Source: Blastocatellia bacterium
Lineage (GTDB): Bacteria > Acidobacteriota > Blastocatellia > RBC074
Direction: 5' to 3'
Length of the DNA: 64,000 nucleotides
Assembly (NCBI GenBank): GCA_031409955.1
Contig: JANNYF010000088.1
Location: forward strand, 82,927-146,926
How positions within the stretch are numbered: position 1 is the first letter of the stretch; every line of letters starts with the position of its first letter. Below the pieces are notes generated by a model that saw nothing but the letters and a program-made list of their open reading frames with translations, had not been told where the DNA came from and did not search any database. Shown here piece after piece: positions 50,613-59,789 of this stretch. The position numbers and the translations under genes are program-made.

Positions 50613-50703
50613 AGACCGCGGATGACGCGGATGTAGCGGATCAGCACGGATCAGGCAGAAAAAAATCCGCGCCCATCCGCGTCATCTGCGTCATCCGCGG
50701 TCT
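50613..50703. terminator. Long hairpin with arms made of tandem 9-mers (GGATGACGC-like), between the regulator and the flhA promoter
   Basis: agaccgcggatgacgcggatgtagcggatcagcacggatcagg...ccgcgcccatccgcgtcatctgcgtcatccgcggtct. The terminal 17 nt are exactly complementary. Confidence 0.6.
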
Positions 50704-50767
50704 ATTCCTCTACTCTTTCCGAAAACTAAATGACTCTGCCAATCTCTAATCTTCCTTCCCCAATTCG

Positions 50768-50783
50768 TGGCACTCCGATTGCA
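50768..50783 (+). promoter_or_regulatory. Sigma-54 (RpoN) -24/-12 promoter upstream of flhA
   Basis: TGGCAC-tccga-TTGCA is an exact match to TGGCAC-N5-TTGCW. It lies ~65 nt upstream of the flhA ATG. Confidence 0.7.
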
Positions 50784-50847
50784 AACACTTTCTTCAGCCC
50801 CTGGCCGAATCGTCTGCCTCGACGTCCTTCGCGCCCGCGAAATCTTT

Positions 50848-52929
50848 ATGTCAGCGAACACGGATCGTCTGCTCAATACTGTCGGGAAATACGCGCATTT
50901 AGCCGTGCCAATTGCGGCGGTCACGATTCTATTTGTCTTGCTCGTGCCGCTGCCACCGTTTTTGCTGGACGTGTTGATCAGCTTCAATTTGATGTTGTCG
51001 GTGATTATCCTGTTGGCGGCAATTTACATTCTACAGCCTGTCAAATTTACGTCATTCCCGAATTTGCTGCTGCTCTCGACGCTCTATCGCCTGGCGCTGA
51101 ATGTGGCGACGACGCGGTTGATTTTGTCGCGCGGTGAAGCGGGCGCAGACGCGGCGGGCACGGTTATTAAAGCCTTTGGCGAGTTCGTGATCGGCGGCAA
51201 TTATGTGGTCGGAGCCGTGATTTTCCTGGTGCTGCTGGCGATTCAATTTCTGGTCGTCAACCACGGCGCAGTGCGTTCGTCCGAAGTCATGGCGCGTTTC
51301 ACGTTGGACGCGATGCCGGGCAAACAAATGGCGGTGGACGCGGATTTGGCGGCGGGGATTATTGACGAACACGAAGCCAAACGCCGCCGCGCGGACATCG
51401 GGCAAGCTGCCGAATTTCACGGCGCGATGGACGGCGCCATTCGCTTCACACAACGTGACGCCGTCGCCGCCATCATCATCACGGTCATCAACATTATCGC
51501 TGGTTTTGCGATAGGCGTGTTGCAACACAACATGATGCTGGTGGACGCGTTGAAGACCTACACAATGTTGACAGTAGGTGACGGCGTGGCGGCAGCCGTA
51601 CCTTCACTGATGGTGTCGGTCGCGGCGGCGCTCATCACCACACGCGCGGCGACCGACGTCAATATGGGCGAAGAAATGTCGTCCCAATTGCTGCTGAATC
51701 CACGCCCGCTGTTCATTGCTGCCTGCGTGTTGGGCGCGCTGGGGCTTTTGCCGGGGATGCCGCATCTGGCCTTTCTGACGCTCGCCGCCGCCGCCGCCGG
51801 AGCCGCCTATTTGGCCCAACAACAGCAATCGCGCGCTCAGTTACAAGAAGAATCGCGCCTGCGCGAAGAGGCCAAAACTAAAGCGGCGTCGCTGGATCAA
51901 GGCGAGAAAATCGAAGCACTGCTGCGGGTGGATGCGTTGGCCTTGGAAGTCGGCTACGGCCTGATCCCCATGATTAGCGCGGGCGATTCCTTTCTTTCCC
52001 GCGTGCGCGAAATCCGCCGCCAGATTGCGATGAACCTCGGCATCGTCGTGCCGCCGATTCACGTGACGGACAACTTGCAACTGGCCCCGCGCGAATACGC
52101 GATCCTGCTCAAAGGCGAAAAAATTGCGCAGGGCGAATTGTACCCGGACGGCTATCTGGCAATTGATCCGGGCGCGGTGCGCGAAAAGATTGACGGCATC
52201 GTCACGCAAGACCCCACCTTCGGCATGCCTGCCGTGTGGATTCGGCGCACGGCGGATCAAGAACGCGCGATGGCGGCGGGTTATACGGTGGTTGATCCGA
52301 CGACGGTCGTTTGCACCCATCTGTCCGAACTCATCAAACGGTACTCACCCGATTTGCTCGGACGACAGGAAGCGCGGGCGTTGTTGGATTCCCTGGCCGA
52401 AACGCATCCGAAGACGGTCGAAGAAGCGACACCAAAGGTTCTCACACTCGGTGACGTGCAGCGCGTTTTACAAAGCCTGCTGCGCGAACGCGTGCCGATT
52501 CGGGACCTGGCGACGATCCTGGAAGCGATCACAGATGCCGGAAGCTTGTCGCGGGATGTCAACGTCTTGGCAGAAGCCGCTCGCACGGCACTCTCGCGGA
52601 CGATCTGTGCCGGGCTGTCGAATGAGCAGGGAGAACTGGTGGTCTTGACTCTTGACCCAACGTTAGAACGCGAAATTGCTGATCGCCTCGGATTGCTCGG
52701 AGGCGCACCAACACAGGCGATAGAGCCGGATTTTGGCCGCCGCGTCCTTGAAAAAATCGAGACGGCGGTGCAGTCCGCGATCCTTTCCCAACCCGTTATT
52801 TTGTGTTCTTCGTCTATTCGCCCGCACCTGCGCCGACTTACGGAACGATTCTTGCCAGACCTTTCGGTGATTGCTCACGGAGAGGTCTCGGCAAATGTCC
52901 GATTGGTCTCGGTAGGAGCGATTGCATAG
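50848..52929 (+). CDS. flhA: Flagellar biosynthesis protein FlhA (export gate)
   Basis: The N-terminal TM region and the FHIPEP motifs are conserved throughout, e.g. VAAAVPSLMVSVAAALITTRAA. ~693 aa. Confidence 0.9.
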   Translation: MSANTDRLLNTVGKYAHLAVPIAAVTILFVLLVPLPPFLLDVLISFNLMLSVIILLAAIYILQPVKFTSFPNLLLLSTLYRLALNVATTRLILSRGEAGADAAGTVIKAFGEFVIGGNYVVGAVIFLVLLAIQFLVVNHGAVRSSEVMARFTLDAMPGKQMAVDADLAAGIIDEHEAKRRRADIGQAAEFHGAMDGAIRFTQRDAVAAIIITVINIIAGFAIGVLQHNMMLVDALKTYTMLTVGDGVAAAVPSLMVSVAAALITTRAATDVNMGEEMSSQLLLNPRPLFIAACVLGALGLLPGMPHLAFLTLAAAAAGAAYLAQQQQSRAQLQEESRLREEAKTKAASLDQGEKIEALLRVDALALEVGYGLIPMISAGDSFLSRVREIRRQIAMNLGIVVPPIHVTDNLQLAPREYAILLKGEKIAQGELYPDGYLAIDPGAVREKIDGIVTQDPTFGMPAVWIRRTADQERAMAAGYTVVDPTTVVCTHLSELIKRYSPDLLGRQEARALLDSLAETHPKTVEEATPKVLTLGDVQRVLQSLLRERVPIRDLATILEAITDAGSLSRDVNVLAEAARTALSRTICAGLSNEQGELVVLTLDPTLEREIADRLGLLGGAPTQAIEPDFGRRVLEKIETAVQSAILSQPVILCSSSIRPHLRRLTERFLPDLSVIAHGEVSANVRLVSVGAIA

Positions 52930-52931
52930 CT

Positions 52932-52994
52932 CACGTAGGAGCGAATTTATTCGCTTATGTTGACAAACTGAGCGAATGAATTCGCTCCTACGTG
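52932..52994. repeat. Inverted repeat with self-palindromic arms (GCGAATTTATTCGC / GCGAATGAATTCGC) between flhA and flhF
   Basis: CACGTAGGAGCGAATTTATTCGC ... GCGAATGAATTCGCTCCTACGTG. It is 21/23 complementary with a 17-nt loop. Confidence 0.6.
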
Positions 52995-53026
52995 CAAACC
53001 CTAAACCCCCAGATTAGAAGCCCAAT

Positions 53027-54592
53027 ATGAATATCAAACGATACCGGGCCGCCACGATGCGCGCCGCTCTCGAACAGGTGAAGCAGGAATTAGGTGCCGA
53101 CGCGCTGGTATTGGAAACCAAAGAAGTGCGCGCGGGCGGCTTTTTTGGCTTGGGTTCCAAACCGCTGATCGAATTGCGGGTGGCTGCCAATAAAGCGGCG
53201 GCGCTGCCGGAAACCGGGAAGAAGACGCGCGGCTGGAACGAAGAAGAACGACTTGAAGATACGGCCCCCGCCAAATCCTTCGGCAAACCTCCTGCCTCAA
53301 CCTCGGCTCCTACTTCAGGAGCGAAAGGCAATAGCAAAGGGTTTGCCGCGTTTGCCGCGCGCACCTATGCCACAGAATCCACGAAGCAGATAACGGAACC
53401 GCGTCGCGCAACGCCGCCGCCATCTCCCAAAAATGTTCCCTCGCCGCGCGCGAGTTTGCGGACAGGCGCAGCAACGCAAGGCGTTGAAATCGCCTCCACA
53501 CCGCCGCAAGTCGGGCGCCGATCTGCGCCGCCGCTGCCGCTGCCTGAGCCTCCTCTTGCTCCGACCACGCCACGCCAGACCGCGCCGCCCGCGTCCGCCC
53601 CGGCTGAAGCGGCGCAGGGCGAGTTCGCGCGTTTGCGGTCCGAGATGCGTGCCGAGATGCGCGCACTGGGCTTTTCGATGAATGCGATGGTCGCGCGTCA
53701 GGTGGCATACGGCGACAGCACCGAAGGCGCGCAAAATCAATTGCGCGAAACGTTCGAGGCCGACCCCGAAATGTTCGATTCGCCCTATTATGAAATCTAT
53801 TCCGTTTTGACGGCAGCCGGCTTACGGCCTGAATTGGCGCGCGGGGCGGTGCGCGCCGGGCGCATGAATGGTTCCCAACAACTGCGGAATTTTGAGACGT
53901 TGGCGCGCGCCGGTCTGGTGGCGACGTTGCCTTCCATCGCGCGGTTTGCGCCTGACCCGTTGGCACCGATGATTGGCAGCCCGGAGGCGCCGTCCGCGAT
54001 TGCGTTGATTGGCCCCACCGGGGTTGGCAAAACGACGACTATTGCCAAGCTGGCGGCGCAGGTCGTGTGTCGCTTGCGCCGTCGCGTGGTGTTGGTCACG
54101 CTGGACACCTATCGAATTGCGGCGACTGAGCAGTTGCGCATTTACGCCGAGATTATTGGGGCGGGCTATTACATCGCCCATTCCGTGCGCGAATTGGACA
54201 CGTTGGTGCGTCGCTTCAGCGGCGGTGCGACTGTGTTGATTGACACGGCAGGGCGCAGTCCGTCCGACCTGGCCGACGAAATGGAATTGGGCAATTACCT
54301 GCGCGAATGCGAAGACCTGCTCAAAATGCTGGTGTTGCCGGCCACCACCCATCCAGTAGATGCACATACGGCGGTGCGACAATTTTCTTTATTCGGTCCG
54401 AATCAATTGATTCTCACGAAGATGGATGAAACCACGCGACCAGGCGCGGCGGTCAGCGTGGCGGGCGATTCCGGGCTACCGCTCGCCTACCTTTGTTCCG
54501 GGCAACGCGTCCCAGAAGACTTAGAGCGGGCCACGCCGCTTTCGTTCGCTGCGCGTGTGGTGCGGGCTTCGTTTGCCATTCAGGAATTTTAA
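53027..54592 (+). CDS. flhF: Flagellar biosynthesis GTPase FlhF
   Basis: N-terminal MNIKRYRAATMRAALEQVKQELGADALVLE. Pro/Ala-rich linker. SRP-type GTPase motifs IALIGPTGVGKTTTIAKLA, DTYRIAA and LIDTAGRS. Confidence 0.85.
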   Translation: MNIKRYRAATMRAALEQVKQELGADALVLETKEVRAGGFFGLGSKPLIELRVAANKAAALPETGKKTRGWNEEERLEDTAPAKSFGKPPASTSAPTSGAKGNSKGFAAFAARTYATESTKQITEPRRATPPPSPKNVPSPRASLRTGAATQGVEIASTPPQVGRRSAPPLPLPEPPLAPTTPRQTAPPASAPAEAAQGEFARLRSEMRAEMRALGFSMNAMVARQVAYGDSTEGAQNQLRETFEADPEMFDSPYYEIYSVLTAAGLRPELARGAVRAGRMNGSQQLRNFETLARAGLVATLPSIARFAPDPLAPMIGSPEAPSAIALIGPTGVGKTTTIAKLAAQVVCRLRRRVVLVTLDTYRIAATEQLRIYAEIIGAGYYIAHSVRELDTLVRRFSGGATVLIDTAGRSPSDLADEMELGNYLRECEDLLKMLVLPATTHPVDAHTAVRQFSLFGPNQLILTKMDETTRPGAAVSVAGDSGLPLAYLCSGQRVPEDLERATPLSFAARVVRASFAIQEF

Positions 54593-54634
54593 GCACCAGC
54601 GCGCTTCATAACCTCACAGTAGAAAGTAACAACG

Positions 54635-55546
54635 ATGATTATTGATCAAGCGACAACTCTTCGACTGATGGCTGCGGTTTCGCTCGATGGCACTCTGGCT
54701 CCGACGGCGACCTTGCCGACCGAGCCGCTTTGGGCGACCACCAAGCTGGCGCAAACCATCGCCGTCGCCAGCGGCAAAGGAGGGGTGGGGAAATCCAATG
54801 TGGCGGTGAACGTCGCGCTGGAATTGGCGGAATTAGGGCATCGTGTCACCTTGCTGGACGCGGACATGGCACTGGCCAATGCGGATGTGCTGTTGGGCAT
54901 CACACCGAAATATCATCTGGGACATGTCCTGACCGGACAGCGCACCTTGCAGGAGGTGCAAATCGAAGTGACCGAGGGGTTGCGTTTGATTCCCGGCGGC
55001 AGCGGTGTCGCCGAGTTGGCGAGCCTCTCGCTGGAGCAGCAAGCGCGCCTGATTGCTGAATTGCGCGCCATCGAAACCGATTCGGATTTTATGATCATTG
55101 ACACGGCGGCGGGCATTGCCGGAAACGTCATCGGCATTCTCAAGGCTGTCGCCGAAGTCATCATCGTCACCACGCCTGATCCGACCGCGTTAGTGGATGC
55201 CTACGCGACGATCAAGCTGATGCACCAATCCTGCACCGACACGCCGATTCACATCGTGGTGAATGATGTGGTGGAGTTGGGAGACGCGGATCGCATCTTC
55301 AAACAATTGCGTACGACGACGGCGCGCTTTTTGAATCGGGACATCGCTTATCTAGGCGCAATTCCGCACGATTCTGAATTGATCGAAGCCGTGCGCGAAC
55401 AGCGGCCCGTGGTGCAATATGCGCCGGACACGCCGGCCAGCCGCGCCTTGCGCTTGATTGCGCGTCATTTGGAAATCAATCGCACAGGCCGTGACAAAAG
55501 CAAGAAAGCTTCGTTTTGGAGCGTGTTGAGTTCCGCCGATCAATAG
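54635..55546 (+). CDS. flhG: Flagellar number regulator FlhG/FleN (MinD-like ATPase)
   Basis: Deviant Walker A IAVASGKGGVGKSNVAVNVA. ParA/MinD fold. Confidence 0.85.
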   Translation: MIIDQATTLRLMAAVSLDGTLAPTATLPTEPLWATTKLAQTIAVASGKGGVGKSNVAVNVALELAELGHRVTLLDADMALANADVLLGITPKYHLGHVLTGQRTLQEVQIEVTEGLRLIPGGSGVAELASLSLEQQARLIAELRAIETDSDFMIIDTAAGIAGNVIGILKAVAEVIIVTTPDPTALVDAYATIKLMHQSCTDTPIHIVVNDVVELGDADRIFKQLRTTTARFLNRDIAYLGAIPHDSELIEAVREQRPVVQYAPDTPASRALRLIARHLEINRTGRDKSKKASFWSVLSSADQ

Positions 55547-55582
55547 TTGCCGCCCCCCAGTTGCGCCAGCCCTGACGAGAAC

Positions 55583-56563
55583 CAGATGCTGCTGAATACC
55601 ATGTCCCGCAGGATGACCTTGAACGCCACTTACGCCAGCACAAAATCGAAAAACAGCCTGCCGACCACGGCGGATCGGCAAGCCTTGATCGAAGCGCATT
55701 TGCCCCATGTCCGCTACATCGCAGAGCGGATGTTGACGAAGCTACCGCCGTCCGTGGATCGCGATGATTTGATTGGTGCAGGGGTGTTGGGCTTGCTGGA
55801 TGCGGTCGAAAAATATGACGGGCTGCGCGGCGTGCAATTCAAAACGTACGCCGAAACACGCATTCGCGGCGCAATGCTGGACAGCCTGCGCGAATTGGAT
55901 TGGTCGTCTCGTTCGTTGCGGGCGCGGGCGCGCGAAATCGAAGTCGCCGCGTGCAAAATCGAGCAGGAAAAAGGGCGCATGGCGGAAGAAGAAGAGTTGG
56001 CCGCCGCGCTCGGCTTGGATTTACCCGCGTATCAAAATTTGCTAGGCGAATTGCGCGGCTTGACGCTGATTGAATTAGACAATCACGATGAAAATTCGCC
56101 CGGAGCCAGCGCGTGGCAAATCCCGGACAAACCGGATCGCTCGCCCCTGATGGAATACGAGCGCCAGGAATCCCGCGAGCAACTCATTACCGCCATTGAT
56201 CATTTGCGCGAGCGCGAGCGACAAGTGGTCGCGCTCTATTACGTCGAAGAGTTGACGATGAAAGAAACCGGCGCGGTACTCGGCTTGACTGAATCGCGCG
56301 TCTCGCAAATTCACACGCAAGCGTTACTTCACTTACGCGCGGCGTTTGCCAAAGACACGGAACAGTACCGCGTGCGGTTGCGAGCATGGCTCACAAGTGG
56401 AATCTCTGCTCGCTACCGCTCGCGGTACTGTTCCGCTGCTTCATTAAATTACGAACATGACAAACCACGAACTGCTGACCAAAGAAGAAATGTCCTCGCT
56501 GTTGGAACACAGCGACAACCACGCGCCCGAAACCGGCAAACGTCGCCGCGTGATGCCCTATAA
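55583..56563 (+). CDS. fliA: RNA polymerase sigma-28 factor FliA, with an unusual ~70-aa C-terminal extension overlapping fliM
   Basis: Sigma-70 regions 2, 3 and 4 are present (YVEELTMKETGAVLGLTESRVSQIHTQALLHLR). The start is uncertain (ATG 55583/55598/55610; the ORF opens at 55547). The frame has no stop until 56563. Confidence 0.7.
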   Translation, partial: QMLLNTMSRRMTLNATYASTKSKNSLPTTADRQALIEAHLPHVRYIAERMLTKLPPSVDRDDLIGAGVLGLLDAVEKYDGLRGVQFKTYAETRIRGAMLDSLRELDWSSRSLRARAREIEVAACKIEQEKGRMAEEEELAAALGLDLPAYQNLLGELRGLTLIELDNHDENSPGASAWQIPDKPDRSPLMEYERQESREQLITAIDHLRERERQVVALYYVEELTMKETGAVLGLTESRVSQIHTQALLHLRAAFAKDTEQYRVRLRAWLTSGISARYRSRYCSAASLNYEHDKPRTADQRRNVLAVGTQRQPRARNRQTSPRDAL

Positions 56564-57419
56564 CTTTCGCCGCCCGGATCGCATTCCGCGCGAACAGATT
56601 CGCTCGCTGTATCTAATGCACGATTTGTTTGCGCTGAGCTTGTCGTCCAGCCTGCCCATCTTAATGCGCGCCATGTCGGGCGTAACGTTGATGTCCGTCG
56701 AGCAGCAGGCGTACTCCGAATATTTGCAAGGCTTAAGTGATCCGACCGCATTGTTCACACTCTCGATGCACCCTTTGCCGGGCGTCGCGGCCTTGGAGTT
56801 AAGTCCAGCCGTTGCGTTTCCGGTGCTTGATCGGTTGCTGGGCGGTGTGGGGGAAGATTTGGAGAACCCGCGCGCTGTCACTGAAATCGAACAACGTATT
56901 CTGGAAGGCTTTGTCAAAGTCATCACGGATGATTTGCGCACGACCTGGAAGCCGCTGGCTGATCTTGATCTACAAATTCTGGGCCGTGAAACGCGCCCGC
57001 AAATGTTGCAAATCGTCGCGCCGAATGAAGCTGTGCTGACGATTGCGTTTCAAGTGCAAATTGCCGAAGCGCGCGGTTTGATGAGTTTGTGTTTGCCTGC
57101 GATCACCTTGGAACCCGTGATTCAAAACCTGAATCAATCGGTCTATTCGCGCAGCCGCGAAGTGCCGCCCGACCAAACACGCACGTTGCTCGACATTTTG
57201 GCCGCCGTCAAATTTCCGGTCTCCGCTGAACTGCGCGGTACGAAGGCGTTGATGGATGATCTGATGAATTTGTCGCCCGGTGATGTGCTGCGGCTGGATC
57301 ATCGCGTAGACCAACCCGTCGAAGTCAGTGTCAGCGGCGCAGTCAAGTTTTACGGTGACCTCGTGTCGCAGGATCGCCGCACCGTTGTGAACATTACAGG
57401 TTTGAGTGAAAAGGATTAG
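56457..57419 (+). CDS. fliM: Flagellar motor switch protein FliM
   Basis: N-terminal LTKEEMSSLLE CheY-P-binding-like motif. FliM middle domain and a C-terminal SpoA-like region. Confidence 0.85.
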   Translation: MTNHELLTKEEMSSLLEHSDNHAPETGKRRRVMPYNFRRPDRIPREQIRSLYLMHDLFALSLSSSLPILMRAMSGVTLMSVEQQAYSEYLQGLSDPTALFTLSMHPLPGVAALELSPAVAFPVLDRLLGGVGEDLENPRAVTEIEQRILEGFVKVITDDLRTTWKPLADLDLQILGRETRPQMLQIVAPNEAVLTIAFQVQIAEARGLMSLCLPAITLEPVIQNLNQSVYSRSREVPPDQTRTLLDILAAVKFPVSAELRGTKALMDDLMNLSPGDVLRLDHRVDQPVEVSVSGAVKFYGDLVSQDRRTVVNITGLSEKD

Positions 57420-57500
57420 TTCACGTCGCAGCGCATTCATTCGCTGTGGTGTTGTGCTTCGAGCCAATAAAGTTGCTACTACATGAAAAGAATTTGAGTT

Positions 57501-58391
57501 ATGCCAGAACTACTTGAGAAACAACTAATCAACAGCTTTGCGATGGCCTGGAGCGACGCCGCGCCGTCTATGGTTGGAGCCGCCTCGGCGCTGACCTTGC
57601 TGGAGCAACGCGAAGCCGTCGGTGATGACGTGAAAGCGGCGTTGGAAAGCGCGCCTGCGTTTACGGCTGCGTTTGCGGCGCAATGTTCCGGCGCGTTGAC
57701 TGGCATGGTGCTGTGCCTTTTCAAAAAAGAAGACCGCCAACAAATCGAATTGTTCATCAGCAAAATGATGGGTAGCGACGGGGCTGCCGGAATCCCTTCA
57801 CTCCTCAATACGACGTTGGCGACAATTGCTGCCAGCTTGCCGGAGCAGGCCACGTTCGGCGCAGTCACGCAGATAGATTTGGCGAGCGCGGACGCCACCA
57901 CGATCCCTGCGCAGTTGGCCATCGCCGCCGGAGAAAGCGCGTCGGTGAACACGTTCACGCTGACCGTCGGCGAACGATTGAATTCGCAAATGCTGGTGTT
58001 GTATGCGCCGCACGGATCGGTCGAAGCCTTGCAGGCAGAGCTGGCAGAAACTGCGGCGGCGGCGGCGGCGGGCGCGAGCGGCTTTGCGAGCAAACGACGG
58101 GCGGGGCTGCCACGTGAAGATTCGTCGCGCAACATGGAACGCTTGCTGGACGTCGAACTCGAAGTCGTCGTGCGGTTCGGGCTGACACAAATTCCACTGC
58201 GAGAATTGGTGCGCATCGGCGTCGGCTCAATGATCGAACTCAATCGGCAAGTGGATGAACCGGTTGAATTGCTGGTGAACAATCGTCCGCTCGCACGCGG
58301 CTCAGTCGTGGTGGTGGATGGATATTACGGTGTTTGCATCACGGAAATTGGTCAGCCGGAAGAGCGCCGCCAATCGCTGACCAAAGTGTAA
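57501..58391 (+). CDS. fliN: Flagellar motor switch protein FliN/FliY (long form)
   Basis: C-terminal SpoA domain LLDVELEVVVRFG...ELNRQVDEPVELLVNNRPLARGSVVVVDGYYGVCITEI. N-terminal CheC-like extension. Confidence 0.8.
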   Translation: MPELLEKQLINSFAMAWSDAAPSMVGAASALTLLEQREAVGDDVKAALESAPAFTAAFAAQCSGALTGMVLCLFKKEDRQQIELFISKMMGSDGAAGIPSLLNTTLATIAASLPEQATFGAVTQIDLASADATTIPAQLAIAAGESASVNTFTLTVGERLNSQMLVLYAPHGSVEALQAELAETAAAAAAGASGFASKRRAGLPREDSSRNMERLLDVELEVVVRFGLTQIPLRELVRIGVGSMIELNRQVDEPVELLVNNRPLARGSVVVVDGYYGVCITEIGQPEERRQSLTKV

Positions 58392-58413
58392 TGCCCCTCA
58401 AGGAGAATGAATT

Positions 58414-58851
58414 ATGGAGCCACTCATTTCATTGCTGATCTTCGCCGGGATTCTGCTTTCCGTTCTTTCTGGTTTGGCGTGCTTTGCCCTCGCGCGGAAG
58501 TTGCGCGAAGTGATGCACAAACAGCAAGTGTTGGTGACGGACATGGATTATCGGCTCCATGAAATCCGGCACAATCTGGACGCGGTAGCACAACAAACCA
58601 CCGCCCAATTGCAACGCATTACCCAACCACGACCGCAAGCGCAACCGCAACCACCCGCATCAGAACCTGCGGTCGCTGTTGCTGCGGCCCAAGCGGCAGG
58701 TGCGAGGCAAAGTGTAACGGAACGCCGCCATCGCGTGTTGACGCTGTCGCGGCGCGGTATGGATGTCAAAGCCATTGCCCAAACGCTTGGCATGCCGCAC
58801 GGCGAAGTGGCATTGATTATCAGAATGAGCAACCCCAGATTCGGAGACTAA
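58414..58851 (+). CDS. Small membrane-anchored protein with a C-terminal HTH-like segment; function unknown, embedded in the flagellar operon
   Basis: N-terminal TM helix LISLLIFAGILLSVLSGLACFALA. Pro/Gln-rich linker. C-terminal RHRVLTLSRRGMDVKAIAQTLGMPHGEVALIIRM. SD AAGGAG. Confidence 0.6.
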   Translation: MEPLISLLIFAGILLSVLSGLACFALARKLREVMHKQQVLVTDMDYRLHEIRHNLDAVAQQTTAQLQRITQPRPQAQPQPPASEPAVAVAAAQAAGARQSVTERRHRVLTLSRRGMDVKAIAQTLGMPHGEVALIIRMSNPRFGD

Positions 58852-58856
58852 AAAGC

Positions 58857-59723
58857 ATGAACTACGGACTTTACTCAGCATTTTTAGGGATGCGCGCGCG
58901 GCAACGAACGTTGGAAACTATTGCCAACAATATTGCCAACGCTTCCACCGCCGGCTTCAAGCGTGACAGCCTGTTTCACCATTCGATTGAAAAGGCCGAC
59001 GCGGCGCTCATTCGCGCCCAACAAGCAGGCGTGCAATTGAACTCGCAAGAGGCCGCCCAAACCGCCCAGGCACGAGCCGCACTCGGCGCGGACGGAGGGA
59101 CGCCAACCCCGTCTGGCTCGTTGTTTGCCGCAGCGAATCCGCCCGATTCCATCGCGCGCGTGTTCGGCATTCTGTCGGGCGGCGTCACGGATTTTGCGCC
59201 CGGCGTGTTGCGGCAAACGGGGCGACCGTTGGATGTGGCGCTGGATGGCGCTGGGTTTTTAGTGGTGCAAACGCCACGCGGCGAACGCTACACGCGCGCC
59301 GGGGCTTTGACAGTTGATTCGTCCGGGCAATTGGTCACACAACGCGGCGAGTTGGTCGTTGGCGACAGCGGCCCGATTACGATTCGACAAGGCAAAGGCG
59401 ACCTCAGCATTGGCGCGGATGGCAGCGTGTCAGTAGATGGAAAACCTCTTGGCAAACTCAAAGTCGTGCAGTTCAATGATGCGCGTGCGGCGCTGACCAA
59501 AGAAGGCGATGCGCTGTTTATGGCGACGGGCAAAGAGCCACCGCAAAACGCCAACAACACGCGTGTTGTGCAAGGCGTGCTGGAATTATCGAACGTGAAT
59601 GCTGTCACCGAGATGGCCACGATGATGCACAATTCGCGCGAGTTCGATTCGCTGCAACGTTCCATTACGATGATGATGAATGACATCGGGCGCAAAATCG
59701 CCAGCGAGATTGGACGCATTTAG
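58857..59723 (+). CDS. flgF: Flagellar basal-body rod protein FlgF
   Basis: N-terminal rod motif ANNIANASTAGFKR. C-terminal VVQGVLELSNVNAVTEMATMM. Confidence 0.8.
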   Translation: MNYGLYSAFLGMRARQRTLETIANNIANASTAGFKRDSLFHHSIEKADAALIRAQQAGVQLNSQEAAQTAQARAALGADGGTPTPSGSLFAAANPPDSIARVFGILSGGVTDFAPGVLRQTGRPLDVALDGAGFLVVQTPRGERYTRAGALTVDSSGQLVTQRGELVVGDSGPITIRQGKGDLSIGADGSVSVDGKPLGKLKVVQFNDARAALTKEGDALFMATGKEPPQNANNTRVVQGVLELSNVNAVTEMATMMHNSREFDSLQRSITMMMNDIGRKIASEIGRI

Positions 59724-59789
59724 GAATCATTGCCTCCGCCCGGACGGCCAATTCAACTACCGGCAACCCACCACTGACAACGAGGTATT

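Noticed and set aside
53310-54382. Minus-strand ORFs (218 aa, 186 aa) across flhF
   Set aside because: They lie opposite the GTPase gene in the Pro/Ala-rich linker region and are compositionally biased. They are not independent genes.
57479-58282. 267-aa minus-strand ORF opposite fliN
   Set aside because: Ser/Ala-rich antisense translation. The plus strand encodes a clear SpoA-domain FliN.
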